From contig JYFJ02001669.1 in NCBI GenBank assembly GCA_000934665.2, forward strand, positions 1 to 64,000: a DNA stretch of 64,000 nt, in the 5' to 3' direction. Below the pieces are notes generated by a model, which had not been told where the DNA came from, ran no database searches, and saw nothing but the letters and a program-made list of their open reading frames with translations. Position 1 is the stretch's first letter, and each line of letters begins with the position of its first letter. Both the position numbers and the translations under genes were made by a program. Shown in pieces: positions 1 to 14,036 of this stretch. The stretch is from Catajapyx aquilonaris. Lineage: Eukaryota.

Positions 1-189
1 TTTGTAAACAGTGGCAACAATGGAAGCGCTCTCCATGGGCTGATGTTTGAATTGGCCCGCCGGACGAGGTTGCCAGGTAACCCCGCCGCCGCCGCTGCCG
101 GAAAAAACATTCAGCGACGGCTATTATGTCCAGCACTGTACAAACACACACCTGTACTTGTAGCCTCTGTGTCTTCCAGAGCCACGGCA

Positions 190-480
190 ACGCAACGTCG
201 CAAAAGTCACCCATTGCTTCCGCATTTCCACTTATTTCCAACGCTACGCCTTTCCCCCCCCTCAAGGCGTAGCGTTGGAAATAAGTGGAAATGCGGGGCA
301 ATGGCTGACTTTTACGACGTTGCCGTGGCTCTGGAAGACTTATTTCCAACGCTACGCCTGGGGAGGTGCAAGGCGTAGCGTTGGAAATAAGTGAAGTGCA
401 GAGCTTACCAGTTGTCATTGTTAATGCCAACCGTGCCAGCTGCGCGAACAGCGGTGCGCACTCGGTTGCGCTCGTTTAAA
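190..480. mobile_element. Partial copy of a dispersed non-autonomous TIR element (family A)
   Basis: Internal palindromes (TTATTTCCAACGCTACGCC...GGCGTAGCGTTGGAAATAA) and the end GGTGCGCACTCGGTTGCGCTCGT match the copy at 11558-11911. Confidence 0.6.
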
Positions 481-866
481 AAAATTCATATACATGGTGT
501 CTCGTAAATCTGAAGGAGTTTCTCATCATTATTGCAGTGTTGTATAGTGACTGATTGAGTAAACTTTTTATTGACAAATCCTATGGTTCCAGACAAGGAC
601 ACCCTGTATAGTGCAAAATGATAATAAATGAGTTTCTTCATAGTTATTAACTCCACATCAAAATGACACATGTTGAGGAAGTTATGGGTGCCTTGTTTTT
701 AGTCCAGTCACAACTACCCAGATCCTAATCCATGTGAAAGAGTGTCAATCAAACTTCTTCTTTTTTTTGTTCCACCTTCCTTGGTGCGCATCGCTTTACT
801 AACACACTTTTTTTATCCAGCTGCGGATGTAAATCGCAAAACATATCAAGTGACGTACGTACGTAC

Positions 867-3800
867 CTGTTGAGCTCGAGTTTGGTCAGGTCGACGTAAG
901 CCAATCCCATGAAGTCGTCCTGCAGGCCCCAGTCATAGTCATACACCTGCAATCAAACCAAAAAATTGGATCAATATTTTGCAATATGTGTTAAATCCTT
1001 TAATTTATTGAGGAAGTGAGGGGTGGTACATAGGAAACTGTGGGCGATATGTCGCTTAGGAGATTATCGGCATGTGGTGCAAGGGGAAAGTCTGAACAAA
1101 CGGCCGCTCTTCGACCTTTTCCAGCAACCCCCCCTCACAAAATTCCGGTAGAAAAATCACTGACCTATCTCACAAAAAAGCATATACTACCAGTCAAAAA
1201 AACATGCCAACAGACTGAGAAAGAAAGTGTCAAAAGGGAAACACACAAAAGTTGTGCAAACACATATAGGAAATGAGCCTTTTTTGTTCTTATCATATAC
1301 AGCAAACACCGTGACATTATGAACATTTTATTGCGCAAAGTCTCGGTCGCCCTGCCAGGCACGGTTCGTCGAATTCGCCCGATAACGAGATGGGCGCCAA
1401 CGAATGTTATTGTGGCGCTGCCAATTTGCAAGACATCCGTTGACATTGTTGTTGTTTTTTTGCAAATTCTTGTGCCATTTTTTAAATCTAAATTTTGAAC
1501 TGTATGCTAGCACTCTGGTTTACGATACTTGGTAATTCCCCGGTCATTACATTATACGTCTTTGTACATGTAACCATCCTTGTAACGTATACCAAGGAGA
1601 AGTGCAAGTAACGTCCAGATTACGCGAATCTACCTTCAGACGTCAATTGCAATTTTTTTAAAACAAAATACGAGGTCATGACGCCAAACATTTCAAGGCC
1701 TTCTGGTCAAATTTTTTGGTCGTTGACCTCGTGTGGATTTGCGTCATCGGAGCTAACGGTATGTTCCAGGTATTTTAAAAATACCGTTTCCAATACAACC
1801 AGTTTTGCTGTACCGGTACACACACATCCATGAAAATGCTCACCTCATATTACATGTGCCCAATTATTGGCGTCATTACCACTCATAATTCGTATGGTAT
1901 TTATTGCAAATTTTTCTCCCTTAGTAGCAATTGGAGCCACATTCACCTCTGTATTGTCTAGTTGCTGGGATGAACAATACACAATTATTTTTCGAGCACT
2001 GCATCACCCTGTACATACACACCGTTATGATAATTACTTAATGACGCCAATAAGTGAACCGGACTATTGTTTTTTTCTATCTCTTCAGTCCATGTCTCCT
2101 AGATTTTGATCGAGGTTTGATCCGACTCCAAGAAGTAGGTTCATCATTTACGACGCTGTTGACTAGTACAGTCAATAGCGCAAAAATTGTGTAACTGTAA
2201 AAGTTTCGCCACCATAAAACACGTTGGTTAGTCCGACAGACACGTAGAGGAAAAGTTGCAGCTCAGCCTCCTTTCTATATATGCACCTCTCTAGAGAAGA
2301 AATTATGGCTAATATTGGACTCCTCGCAAATTATTTCTCAACTCATGCTCGGATAATTGCACAATGTACTGAATAAATTTATATACTGTATATAAATTTC
2401 AAGGTCGCGCCAAAAAAATTTGCGGATCTTTCCTGGGGGATTTTTTTTTTCAAATTAAAAAAAATGCATTCAGGTCCATGGCAGCAAAGAAAAATTCCCC
2501 GATTTTTATGGTGTACTTAGTGTGCAATTAGGCCTACCCCCACGAATAATAGTACAGGGGGAGAGATAAAAAAAAAGAACTGGAAAGACCCGCTTCTTTC
2601 GTCATCAACCGCGTGATGCAGGCAGTGAAAAGACGTGTTTCGCGAATCGAAAATGGCGTGCAGAGAAAATGACTCTATAGTTGGCTTATTTTATCACACA
2701 AGGTGATCGCTTCTAAGAAAATGTTATTTATTTCAGCTGTTATCCAGAAAGCTAAATATTATTGTTACATCACACTTTCAGATGGTAAATAAATTGCAAT
2801 TCATGGCTTGAAAAATATTACACCTGCGGCTGAAGGTGAACCAACAATAGATCGGATTCTAAGAAATGTTAGTTAAAAAAAAATGTTACAACTTTGGTGC
2901 AATTTTACTAGCTATAAATGTATATGTCTTTTCCGGTTTCGGTAAATTATCCGGCAATGACTTTGCATTGTTGCAACATGTATAGTGCATTACCTAAGCA
3001 TAACCATCTGAAGTAATCGGCAGCAATTTGCTGCTTGTAACTCATCACTTTCATTGAGTTCCATGCAACAGCAATTTATAACCAACCGTTATTTTTTTCT
3101 TCTTCTTCGGAGTCTGTCATTATAAGCACGGACATTCCAATTAGTTAAACTGCAAGCCATGCAACTTTTGAAGTTATTGACAATATTTTTTTTGCATGGA
3201 ATTTCGCTGGGTCTCGGACGCCAAAGGTCGCATTTCTAACTAGGATTAAAGTTAGACTAATCATCATCGGTTTACTTTTACAAGTGTTCATCAAGCCTGC
3301 ACTGCCTTAATAATTAATTAGGAGCCCCCTCCCGAAGGAGGCAATTAAAACTTTATTTCCCAGACGCCTCTGACGCCAGGGGAGGCAAAGTTGTTGACGC
3401 TTTTTTTTTAACTATTCGTCGTGTCCATTGTTAGCTAAAGAATTCCCCCCCACCCACCCACTTTTATTTTTTCGTCATGAGACAGTGACCCGAGTCCGAA
3501 GAAAGGTGAAACCCTGAGGACTAACGAAACACTTGAGACAAAGATAAGATCCCTTCACTCGCCATCTATCTGTTGACAGCAGGCCTGATAGATAGTATCC
3601 TCATCCGATTGTTACATACGTGCTGTGCAAACACCGGACAAAGGCAATAATATAGGTATTGCAGGCTCACAGGGTCGCTTGTCAGGAAAGGATTCTGCAC
3701 GATTTCAAAATGGTGATCAACTTGGCAACGTCGCAAACGTCGCCCCCCCCCCCCTCCAAGAGTAGCGTTGGAAATCAGTGCAGAGCATTAGGCCTACACC

Positions 3801-4302
3801 TATCATTGATAATTCCAACCCTGCAAACTGCGCGATCTGTGGTGCGATAAAAAAGATTCAATTCCTTAAAAAAGGCCTTTAATTGTTCAATTTTCAATAA
3901 TTAAATCAAAATTCTGCGATGTTCGAAGTGGTCCGAAACTATTTACAATACGGCCTCCACCATAGACCGCAGGCGTAGAAAAATGCGAGCGAAGCTATAG
4001 GGTTTTTCTATAGTATATAATCCAGCTGAATCCGGATATAACAGCCTCGGCTATAGCAGACTTTCGGTTAAAACAGACTCGAACGGCCGGTCCTGGCATA
4101 TACTTCCATAATTATTATGGTTTGTGTATTCGGCTATAACAGACTGATTTCCGCGGTCCCTTGAAGATAGTCTGTTACATCCCGATCCAAACTGTATATA
4201 AAATTAAATATGATATAATACAGAAATACTCGCATAATATTGATTAATTTTCATTAATTAAAATTCGTAAAATATAATATTCATTACCAGATTGAATGGT
4301 GC

Positions 4303-4368
<66 letters not shown>

Positions 4369-7300
4369 ATGCACATCCGATTGTTATCTTAATCAGATAG
4401 CTTAGGCTCTCCTTGTTGTAACACCCGGTAGCAGTTCATTGTTTCGTGGATCCGAGGCTTAGATGGCGATTATGCATTTTTTTTCTCTCTTCTTCTTCCC
4501 ATTTTTAGTTCTTTCCTTTTTATTCATATTCCCACGAGAAAAGGCTGGCGGTGAAGACATCATCGGAAACCTCTTTTTTTTCCCCTAGCTCCCATCATCT
4601 CTCTAGGGATGAATTCCTCGTGGAACACACAATGCACCGGTAGCCTTATTATTATGCGCATTTCTTCCCATTTTCCAGGGCCATACCGAGCCAGGAAGAA
4701 GCTGCAAAAAAAAGTGTACGTACATAACTGGTACAGTCACGTTCACTTGGTCATACCCACGGTGTATAACCTTGCCCATTTGCAATGGCTGTTTTTTTTT
4801 AAAAAAGTGAAACGCATCAATAGATTTTGATGCAAGACTCTTCCTTTTCTTTTTGCCCAGAAGACAATGCACATTTCGGTTTGGGACTACTGGCTATTTA
4901 GGCCTACAAAAATAACAGTGCACGCTACACTGAATAACCGAGCTTATGACACCTGCTGCCTGTCAAGGTTATATTGGCTTCGAAAGAAAGAAAAAAAAAT
5001 GCTATCAATAACATTATTGGCACGACTCCAACCGTTATCGGTTCTGAATAATAGGCCGATTCCTGACATAACACTCAATGGCTGTTGGGTTGTGCAATCT
5101 CTAGTGCAAATTACGGTGTCTGTATGGCTTTTGGGTGACCGCACCAGTGTGTCCCTGCCAGGCACTGTACGCCGCATTTGCCCAGTAGTGAGCTGGGTGC
5201 TAACTGTGGGTTGTGAATTAGCCAACAATGCTGTCCCTATTGTGCGACGCTGGCCAACGAACATTATTGTGGCTTTGCCATTATTACTCCGATTTGAATA
5301 GACGCAAATCATCTCAACATGAGTAAAATAATTCCGGAAACTCATCCTAGATAGTTTAATTACTATACACGAATTTTTGTACGAGAGCAACCGAGTGCGC
5401 ACCACAGTTCGCGCAGTGGAGCTGCGCGAGTGTGGGTGCGCACTAACTTGCGCTCGTTAAGAAATCGTCTACATAATCCTCCTTGGTGGTACTACGAAGG
5501 ACAACGTATGAAACAATCGGATTAGCACGTCCCATTTGCTACTGTTAATACCCGAAATCCGTATATACTGTACACCATGTATGTTGAGGCCGACTTGCCA
5601 TTATTATCCAGATAGGTTCAAAGAGCCTTGTAACGAGTCCGTTATCAGAGGGTGTTTGATGGCCATATAAATCCTGCAGATTAGATAATGACCCCACGAG
5701 GACAGCCCAACAATGACCAGAAAAACCTGTCTTGGGAAAATATTACACGCATTTTTTGATGGGATTGAGAGAAAATTTGCCATCAACGTCGCTTCCGTGG
5801 TTGTGTGTCCTCCAATAAAACTTGCATGGACAAGGAAACGGTTCTAACTTGATCCTGTCCTAGGCTGGGTGCAATTGGGACAGGTTGGACAAGGACCGCT
5901 GATTTACGACAGGTTTATTAATTACGCAACATGTAACATGTTTCGTTGCAAAACATGCAGTTTTACTTCTAAACTTACAACCTGCGCACATCTATGTGTT
6001 ATTGACTGACATTTCATAGGTCACCTCTGAAGCAACCAGGCCTTCAACTGACATGATTTGGAGCTAAAATGTTGCGAAAAAAAGGGCGGTGCCTCACTCT
6101 TTTTATTAAAAGTCCCCAAGAGTTGCGTAAAAAAAAGGTAGTCATGGAGAGTGTACCTGCAATAATAGAGTAATCCCCCTCCCACCCCCTTCAGCTATGA
6201 GATGGCATTCGCATTACGTGATTAAAGTTACGTGTCGTGCATGTCCTCCCCAGCTAACGGTGTGAGACCAGGTCGGAAAAAAAGTATTTTTCCACTGAAT
6301 TGGCCAAGCTGAGACAAAAGGTGCATTTAAAGCGTGTACTCGTAGGTTTTACTCAATGGATCTGGGGGAGGGGGAGGGGGGGGGTTGCTTTGAAAAGAGC
6401 TGCTAAAGATAGCTGTTGAGTAATTCTATCAATTCATGCCCTGAATTACAATAAAAATTAATGCCCTGAATTTAAGGCACGAACTGAATCCATTTCCAGG
6501 TGTGGAAAATTCAATTAATATATTACATATTCAAATATGTAGAGATTTTTTTTTACACGCGCAACCGAGTACGCACCCACACTCGCGCAGCTCCACTGTT
6601 CTGACAACAACGTTGCCAGAGTTACTCCCCAGGAGGGCAAATACTAATTCATATTAAAACAACAACAATAAATATAACAAATAGATGAAATGTACTCATC
6701 ATCATCAGGGAGCATATACTACATAAGAGGCGCAAACATTCGATTTCCGCGTCTCTCTGTTTGGGGGCGTTGCCAAGGATGGCGGCCATTTTGAAGTGTG
6801 GGCAACGCCAACGAGGTATATAAATATAGGGTACAGGCAAAAATAGGGTCCGCCATCTTTGATTCGCGCGTGTTCTTGCCGTGTATAGTTGCCATGGCCG
6901 CCAAAACCATCAAAGATGGCGGACCCTATTTCTGCCTGTACCCTATTTATACACCTCGTTGGCGTTCCACACACTTCAAAATGGTCGCCAGACTTGGCAA
7001 CGGCCCCAAACAGAGAGACGCGAACATCAAAGGCGCCGACAGAAGTTTGCGCCTCTTATGTAGTATATGCTCCATGTCATCATCATCATCATCATCATAA
7101 TCATCACTATAATAATCATCGCTACTCCGGAGCACTGCTGAATAGATCATTAAGGGCCGGTTTCACCGAGCTCGGTATATGATAAAACCAGGTTTCTTTA
7201 GGAAAATCCATACAAATATGTAGCGATTTTCCTAAAGAAACCTGGTTTTATCATATACCGAGCTCGGTGAAACCGGCCCTAATTGAGAGCTTTCATAACC

Positions 7301-10300
7301 CATTGAAAGGCCGTCAGATTTACAACGGATTTATCCAGATTGAAGAGATTCCGAAAGCATTTAAAGCAGGATTACCATGGGGATCAATTTNACTTCTCCC
7401 CCCCCCCCCCCCCCAGTTCGATCGAAATAGTCGCGTGCAGTCCATTCAGTAAAAAAAGGGGGTAGTTTTTTCTGGGTTTTTTCTTGCTGTTATAAGTTGA
7501 AGCCTGGTGGGGATCGAGAGCGAAAGTGCTGTCAGTTCTGTACTACTACTACACACACAAGGAGCCTTCTGAGGTCGAGTGGTTGAGAAAGTGAGAGTGG
7601 AAAATGATGGTATAATAAACAACACACGAGAGGATCTCACCGACCTTGACCTGCACAGGAGCAAAGGGGTCCTCGATGGGCAGCGTGAAGGTCTCGTCCC
7701 AAACTGGGTTCAGGTCCTTCGACACCGTTTTCGACTTGTACAGAAGACGACTGCCGCTCTTGAACTTTACGTACGGATCGCTCGTGCCTGCAAGTACAAA
7801 TCGGCAATTACTCGCATTGTTATACACAATAACACCGGGACATAAAAGTGTACAGTCATTTCCAGGAGTAAAGGTGCAGCAGGAAGTTCAAAATAGCATC
7901 CAATTGTGCCAACTGGCCGCCAATACAGAGATAGAGAGCGAAGTAGACCTTCCGGAAGAATGAATAGTTCCTCTTCCCACCCACCAGAGGCGCTGGCTCC
8001 ATCCCATTGCGCATGCGCACACACTCTCTCAACCTGACAAGTCGTGGGGAGCGCCTGTCATTGAGGCTATAAGTCTTCTGCCTTACCGAGTGCGCACCCA
8101 CATTCGCGCAGCTGCATCTGTGCCGCGCGAACTGTGGTGCGCACTCGGTCGTGAGGGGAATGGAGAAGCGCCTCTTTCGGAAGCCATTTTGAGCTTCAGG
8201 TACCTTATTACTCTTGGAGGAAATACGCAGTTTAGCCATGCATTTCGGAGCAGCACGTGTGAGATGCGTTTGACCTCATTTTTTCAAACAAAGGTGCGTA
8301 CCGCAGGCGTCCTTGGCGATTAGGCGTCGTCCTCGTCTGAGGTGCACGTGCATCTGGAAGAATGCGTGTTGCCTGAGCGCCGCTTCTCTGGACGTCGGGG
8401 TGTCCGAGTCTAACCCGGACGTCGAGGCGCCGCCTGGAGCTGGAGAGGGCGTCGTGGAGAATAGGACGCCGCGACGCGGTGAGGCGGCAGGGGTGCCAGA
8501 TAGAGACGACGCCGATGGTTCCTGCTCCGACGAGTTGTCCGCGGCGTAGTCCAGGTCAGTGGCGCCGCCGGCGTCGTACTCGCTCGTCGTTTGCTGCTGC
8601 TGCTGCTGTTGGCGTCTCATCCTGTCCCGGCTCCGGCTCCTGCTCCGTTGGAACCGGGCCTTCAGAGTGTGGAAGAAGGTGGCCGTCCGATGGGCCACGC
8701 TAGTGCGGGCCCCGAGTGGTGGGGTCGTGGGCGTCGGCGTCCGTCTCTGCATCAAAAGGACCCCCGAGGGAACAACAACATCGATCACTACCAATCAATC
8801 CAATCCGATTTCCCCATTGCATGATTCATGCATAAGTGGCTATGTACAAGCAGCTACAGGTAGCAGCGACTATATTTACCCTTGTTATAGACGCTCCAAA
8901 GTGGCTTTGTTTATTTGCACAGAGACCTATCGTGTCAACACTTCCTGCGGATACTCGTCACTTGATGTACTCGGAACAACTCACCAACACTCCGGATGTG
9001 TTCACTGGCCACTATATTGGATATACACAACAGTAGACACTGTGCACCACGATCTATCTGTCAAGGTTCATATCTGGCGGAAATATGAGCCCACATGTGT
9101 CTATTTGCGTGCAAACAGTGCTGATTATACTTCACATCAGTTATCAAGCATTGCCACAGTCATAAAGCTCAATTATACAGCCGCAGTCGGCTGGTCTTTA
9201 CTACGCGACGAAGTGGCGGAAGTCGGGGTGGCGCTGCAGGCCAACGAACGTTATTGTGGCTTTGATACGGCTGCCACTTCGTCGCGTGTAGTCAACCAAT
9301 GAGCAGGCTATAGCCATTCAAATTTCCCCCATTATTTAAAAAATGCATATTGACAAATATTGACCCCCCCCCCCACATTAAAATATTAATCGCCGAGCGT
9401 GGTAATATGCGAATTCAGCTGCGAAAATGTTCCCGTATCGTGCGTAACTCGCGTGAGAATGCCTTCCAGATCCCTACATGCATTACGCAAATTGACTGCG
9501 GCATGGTGGCCAAATCGACCCGGCCTAATTAATTATTCAATAGTGCCAAAATATTTGCAACTGCAGGAGGGACCCCCAGTCCCCCTGTCTAATTGCACGC
9601 TCACTTACTGCCACAGGTATAGTGCATATACGTTTTCGAATTTTACCTCGGTGCTTTTGATGCACTGTAGAAACACCCCCTGAGGGAAAGACTTTACTTG
9701 ATGACCCTCCGAGAATGTTGCTATAAAAAAGTTACTTATATGGAGTAAATTTATCGCTGCTCTTTTCTGAATCGTCCTCTAGTCTGCATGTCTGCTCAGA
9801 CAAAGCAGGTGTTGAAAGGACTATATGCTTGGCATATTGGCCAACTTGGCTGGGGCACAGAAACACCTGCTGCGAATAACAACAGGCGTCAAGGTGCCAG
9901 CCGACGAGTAATTAGCCAGACGGCTTCATTGTCGGGTTATGGGCTTTTTAGCTCGACATGACTTCTGACACGCCCAACAACGGATGATCTTTACTACGCG
10001 ACGAACTCGGCGACGAAGTGGCTGAAGACCTTGCCTGGCGGGGCCACTCCCACCACTTCGTCGCGTAGTAAAGACCAGCCCTCTACAGGAGATATTGTGA
10101 ATGGCTGACTAACCCTGTCATCTTGGAGGCGACAGGTTGTGAGGTCGGCTGCGGATTGTGACAGCCTGTTGTCCCCGAGGAGAGCGCCGGCGGCGTCGTG
10201 ATGGACGCCGCTGCTGGTGCTTCCGGCCCTTCCAGCAGCTGTCGACCTGTCCAGCACCTGCTGGTGCAATCCTCTGCTCTTTCTCCCTCGCTCCTCCTGC

Positions 10301-12270
10301 TGCTGAGGATGGTAGTCGCCACCCGACGCCGCCGCGACGCCCCCGACGCCACCGACTCCGCGCTCATCTGCCGGGGAAACAAACCCCGCCATCAAATTAC
10401 CGGTGCAGTTAATCCGGTTAAGCACCCTCCACACTTCCGCGCCTCTCAAAACCAGGATCTAATCAACTTACTTGACACCCAACCAGTACTACACGACCAA
10501 GGGGTGTCCAAATCGCCAAAAAAAATTAGCCAGGTACGCCAATTACGTTCAGTAAAAGCTAATTGAAGCTGCAGCCCGATGACATCACGTACTCAACGTA
10601 ACAGTTGCATCGACGTCGGCAAAAAAATAATCCAGGCTGCTCTGGATTCGCCCAAAAAAGTGTACCCGATTTATGAACCTCATGCACTAATTACACCAAA
10701 AAGAACAATCGCAAACAGTTGGATCATTCCAGCTAATTTAGCACCAACTGCAATGGGTCTAACGAAGTTACGATTTATTTCTCGACAATAAATTCGGGGT
10801 TTTTTTTAAAGGGAGGAAATACAGTCGACTCCTTGATATAACATACTAATTTTTCAACACCACCTCGGCTATAGCAGACCTTTTCTTGCCCCCCTCGGTA
10901 ATTTATGGATACGGGTGTGCTAATTTCAAATTTTTGTGGTTAGTGTTATTAATCATCAGTATCGATCAGTATGCAGTAGTGTGCACTTCGCCTTCGTAAA
11001 TGACGAACCTTATGCAAACACCTTTTAACCACCCCTGTGCTCCACCGGGTGTCCCCCCTCCACAAACCGGCCCGTAAAACGATGAACCAGCTGTTGTTGA
11101 AACGTACTGACACACTGACCCACTTTTACATGCACCGAGCAAAACCAGCCGTAAATTTTGTGAACATACTGACAGTTAATACCTCGTCGACACCGTTCGG
11201 GGGTGTACCACTGCCAGTAAATTGAAGACCGGTTTCTGTATAGTGTTAACAGTTAACCGAGCGTTAGTTAATAGGCAGTTTAGCTAATATATGCCTCCAG
11301 TAAAACAGGGGAAACCAGCCGTAAACATACTGACAGTTACGCGAATACCACGACATAACGTCAACAGGTTAAACTGGCAGTTATCTCTTTAACGGTCAGT
11401 TAGGGCCGGTTTCACCGAGCTCAGTATATGATAAAACCACGGTTCTTTAGCAAAAACCCTATCTATTTGTATGGATTTTTCTAAAGAAACCTGGTTTTAT
11501 CATACCAAGCTCGGTGAAACCGGCCCTTAGACGGTTGGATAAGTCGGATTTTTTTAAACGAGCGAAACCGAGTGCGCACCCACACTCGCGCAGCTCCAAC
11601 AACGTTGCCAGAGTTACTCCCCAGGGGGGCCAAAAAATTTCACACCCGTACAAGAGCATCGGCAACGTCGCAAACGTCGGCCATATTGTTTCTCTATAAG
11701 AGTAGCGTCGGAAATAAATGCAGCGCAATACACCCATATTATACCCTTACACTGTCATTGATAATGCCAATCGTTCAATGTCGCAAACGTCGGCCATGTT
11801 GTTGCTCTGTAGGCGTAGCGTTGGAAATAAATGCATCGCAACACACCCATTATTGATAATGCCAACCGTGCATACTGCGCGAACTGCGGTGCGCACTCGT
11901 ATTTCGTTCGTGAAATTCACCAGTATGTCACCCGTCACCGTCAGATTGCACCACCGGTTTATGTATAGTCTTTATAACCGAGCGTTAACTGACAGGTTAA
12001 CTGATTCGTATGTCACCAGTACAATAGGGCGTAAATGTGACGTACAGTGCGTGTCGTCCGACTGCTTTCTCTTCCAGCAGAGCAGCTTCTTCTTCTTGAG
12101 GCGTCTCTTGGGGAGCGTCGGAGGCGCCCCATTAGCGTCGGGGGCGTCCCGACGTCGTTCGCCCTCACTCTCTATCGTTTTTTTTATATATAGTTGTCGA
12201 CCCCGATTCCGGTCCCGGATTACAATATCGACGTCGGTGCAGCGTCGGCAAGCGTCGATCCACTTCCGAA
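867..12270 (-). CDS. MCTP: Multiple C2 and transmembrane domain-containing protein (MCTP), 5' exons; gene continues beyond the left edge
   Basis: Phase-compatible GT-AG exons: about 12270-12046 (5' edge uncertain), 10367-10114, 8746-8302, 7787-7645, 946-867. The spliced product gives the MCTP C2A domain: ALRQHAFFQMHVHLRRGRRLIAKDACG/TSDPYVKFKSGSRLLYKSKTVSKDLNPVWDETFTLPIEDPFAPVQVK/VYDYDWGLQDDFMGLAYVDLTKLELNR. Start codon not located. Confidence 0.88.
4011..4196. mobile_element. Degenerate Tc1/mariner (pogo/Tigger-like) MITE
   Basis: GATATAAC...CCTCGGCTATAGCAGAC core, ending in CTGTA. A related left end, TACAGTCGACTCCTTGATATAAC...CCTCGGCTATAGCAGAC, lies at about 10820-10880. Confidence 0.45.
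4302..4367. repeat. (ATT)n microsatellite
   Basis: Direct read. Confidence 0.95.
5381..5458. mobile_element. Minimal family A element (two termini joined)
   Basis: ACGAGAGCAACCGAGTGCGCACC...GGTGCGCACTAACTTGCGCTCGT inverted ends with almost no interior. Confidence 0.6.
6706..7076. mobile_element. Foldback MITE with CA...TG ends and 7-bp TSD (P-superfamily-like), copy 1
   Basis: TIR CAGGGAGCATATACTACATAAGAGGCGCAAAC / GTTTGCGCCTCTTATGTAGTATATGCTCCATG. Nearly fully palindromic. Flanked by TCATCAT on both sides. Confidence 0.85.
7154..7279. mobile_element. PIF/Harbinger (Tourist-like) palindromic MITE, copy 1
   Basis: GGGCCGGTTTCACCGAGCTCGG...CCGAGCTCGGTGAAACCGGCCC, near-perfect hairpin, TAA on both flanks. 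Confidence 0.85.
9189..9292. mobile_element. Short palindromic MITE (GGCTGGTCTTTACTACGCGACGAAGTG termini); second copy at about 9988-10080
   Basis: Inverted ACTACGCGACGAAGTG / CACTTCGTCGCGTAGT motifs in two copies. Confidence 0.55.
11403..11526. mobile_element. PIF/Harbinger palindromic MITE, copy 2
   Basis: Same TIRs as 7154-7279, TTA on both flanks (TWA target). Confidence 0.85.
11558..11911. mobile_element. Most complete copy of dispersed TIR element family A
   Basis: Ends ACGAGCGAAACCGAGTGCGCACC / GGTGCGCACTCGTATTTCGTTCGT. Fragments also at about 190-480, 3720-3850, 5381-5458, 6555-6640, 8085-8150 and 20262-20420. Confidence 0.7.
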
Positions 12271-12891
12271 CTGGCACACGTACACAGCCGCACAGTACAC
12301 ACTATACTACATAACGCCGTGTAATCCGGGGTGCAGCTCTCGGCTAATTATAGCCAGGGCGTCGTCGCCGTCGCCGTCGACGCCGCCGTTGTCTCGGGCA
12401 TCCCCAGCACCGCGCCCAATAATTGTGCGACGGCCTCGACGCTCCCTCGTCGTCACGCATTCGAGACACACCAACACGGAAGCAGACCCACACGTGATAT
12501 TCGCGACTAGTGTTATCTAATGGAGCTTTTGGCGGAAGTTAGTGAATCAAAAGTGGAGGGGGGTGAAAAGAGACGTCCTTGAGACCAGCTGTGGGGGGAC
12601 CGGGAGGGTTGAAGTCTTGAGGGGGGGGCAGGGACGTCCCACCCTGCGACGCAACAGGGGCTTAGCATATATACAGTACTGTAAGCACATTCATGGCAAC
12701 ATATTGCAATGTGTTCACATCAGGCTGAACTAATTAGAATAACTGCAAATTGCGGGTTACTACACTTCAAGTACAGGGTGGCTCATATGTTGCCCAAGTT
12801 CAAGGAGGAAAAATATTTCATATCTTATCTTCTTATATCAAATGCAAAATTTGTTTGTTTGTTTGTCCCCTCCCCCCTCATATATCGCATC

Positions 12892-12929
<38 letters not shown>

Positions 12930-13131
12930 GACCATGGAAATAGGCTTATTATATTATTATATTATGGGCTTATATTATTATAATAACTTACTGTATTATT
13001 TTATTATAATAACTTATTGTATTATTTTATTATAATAACTTATTGTATTTTTATTATAATAATAACTTATTGTATTTTATTATAATATTGTATTCCATTA
13101 TATTTTATTATAATAATATTTTATTATGATA

Positions 13132-14036
13132 TCTTAATCTATAAATGAGGAGAGTTTGTTTGTTTGTCCCTTATAGAAATCCAGGGGAAAGCCCCTACAC
13201 CGCCTTAAATTAGCATATCGGGGGTTACATTTTTCAAGGAATCTAACGCCGCATGTTTCAGCTTCCGAAAATGAACCTAACTCCCACAACACGCACATTC
13301 CCGAATCTTCTCACTTCACGGGTCTCAACAATTAACATAATTACATCAACTTCTATAGCAACAACAACATTTTATCTTTTCCCAAGTTCGCAATCCCATG
13401 GAAATGCCCTTATGCTACAATACCTATCAAAGTAATGCATTTGCATTGCGTCTATTATATCTTGGGACCTCTTTTTTTTTGCAAGTCCCATCGCCGTAAA
13501 TTATTCAACTCATCCGCCAATTACGCTAATTGGCCACCTCACGTGAGTTCATATGGTATGATCATTCTGGGATTTTGTAGATTTAAAATTAGACTTCCCG
13601 ACACAAATAAATACAAAAAAATGATTTAAAAAAAATAATTACGCAGTGTTGAAAACAAAATTTCCCACCAGGCATCTGTATGTACATTTCTCAAGTTCTT
13701 CAGGGCAAACAGTTGGAACGAGGTGGGGGTGTGAGGTAGGGGTGAGGGGTCATGGGGTCAAATATTCTGGGGAAAAACATGATGGCTGTGCAGTCTTTTC
13801 CTGGGCCAAATTCATCCCCATTCCTCTTTTTACACATCCATTCAGAATTGACTACGCTATAACCAAAGCAGGCAATCTATCACAAACTTTGGCTTATTGT
13901 AACTTGGCCTTATTTTAAGGTGCATCGAGTTCCAGTGTACGGAACGCAAATTTTACAAACAAACAAACTTCCAAAAATATACCCGTACCTTTAACAGCAT
14001 CCCAACATACCCGGGCAACGCCGGGTAACCTGCTAG
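13132..14036 (+). mobile_element. Non-autonomous Helitron
   Basis: 5' TC start followed by (GTTT)n. 3' hairpin ACCCGGGCAACGCCGGGT followed by CTAG. Inserted between A and T with no TSD, and the flanks rejoin into the local TTATTATGATA^TTACATTATATT repeat. Confidence 0.85.

Noticed and set aside
7385..7415. Anomaly at N7392 next to poly-C
   Set aside because: Single ambiguous base or assembly join, not biology.
8559..9302. 247-aa plus-strand ORF
   Set aside because: Antisense shadow of the GC-rich MCTP exon running into intron and MITE sequence, with no domain.
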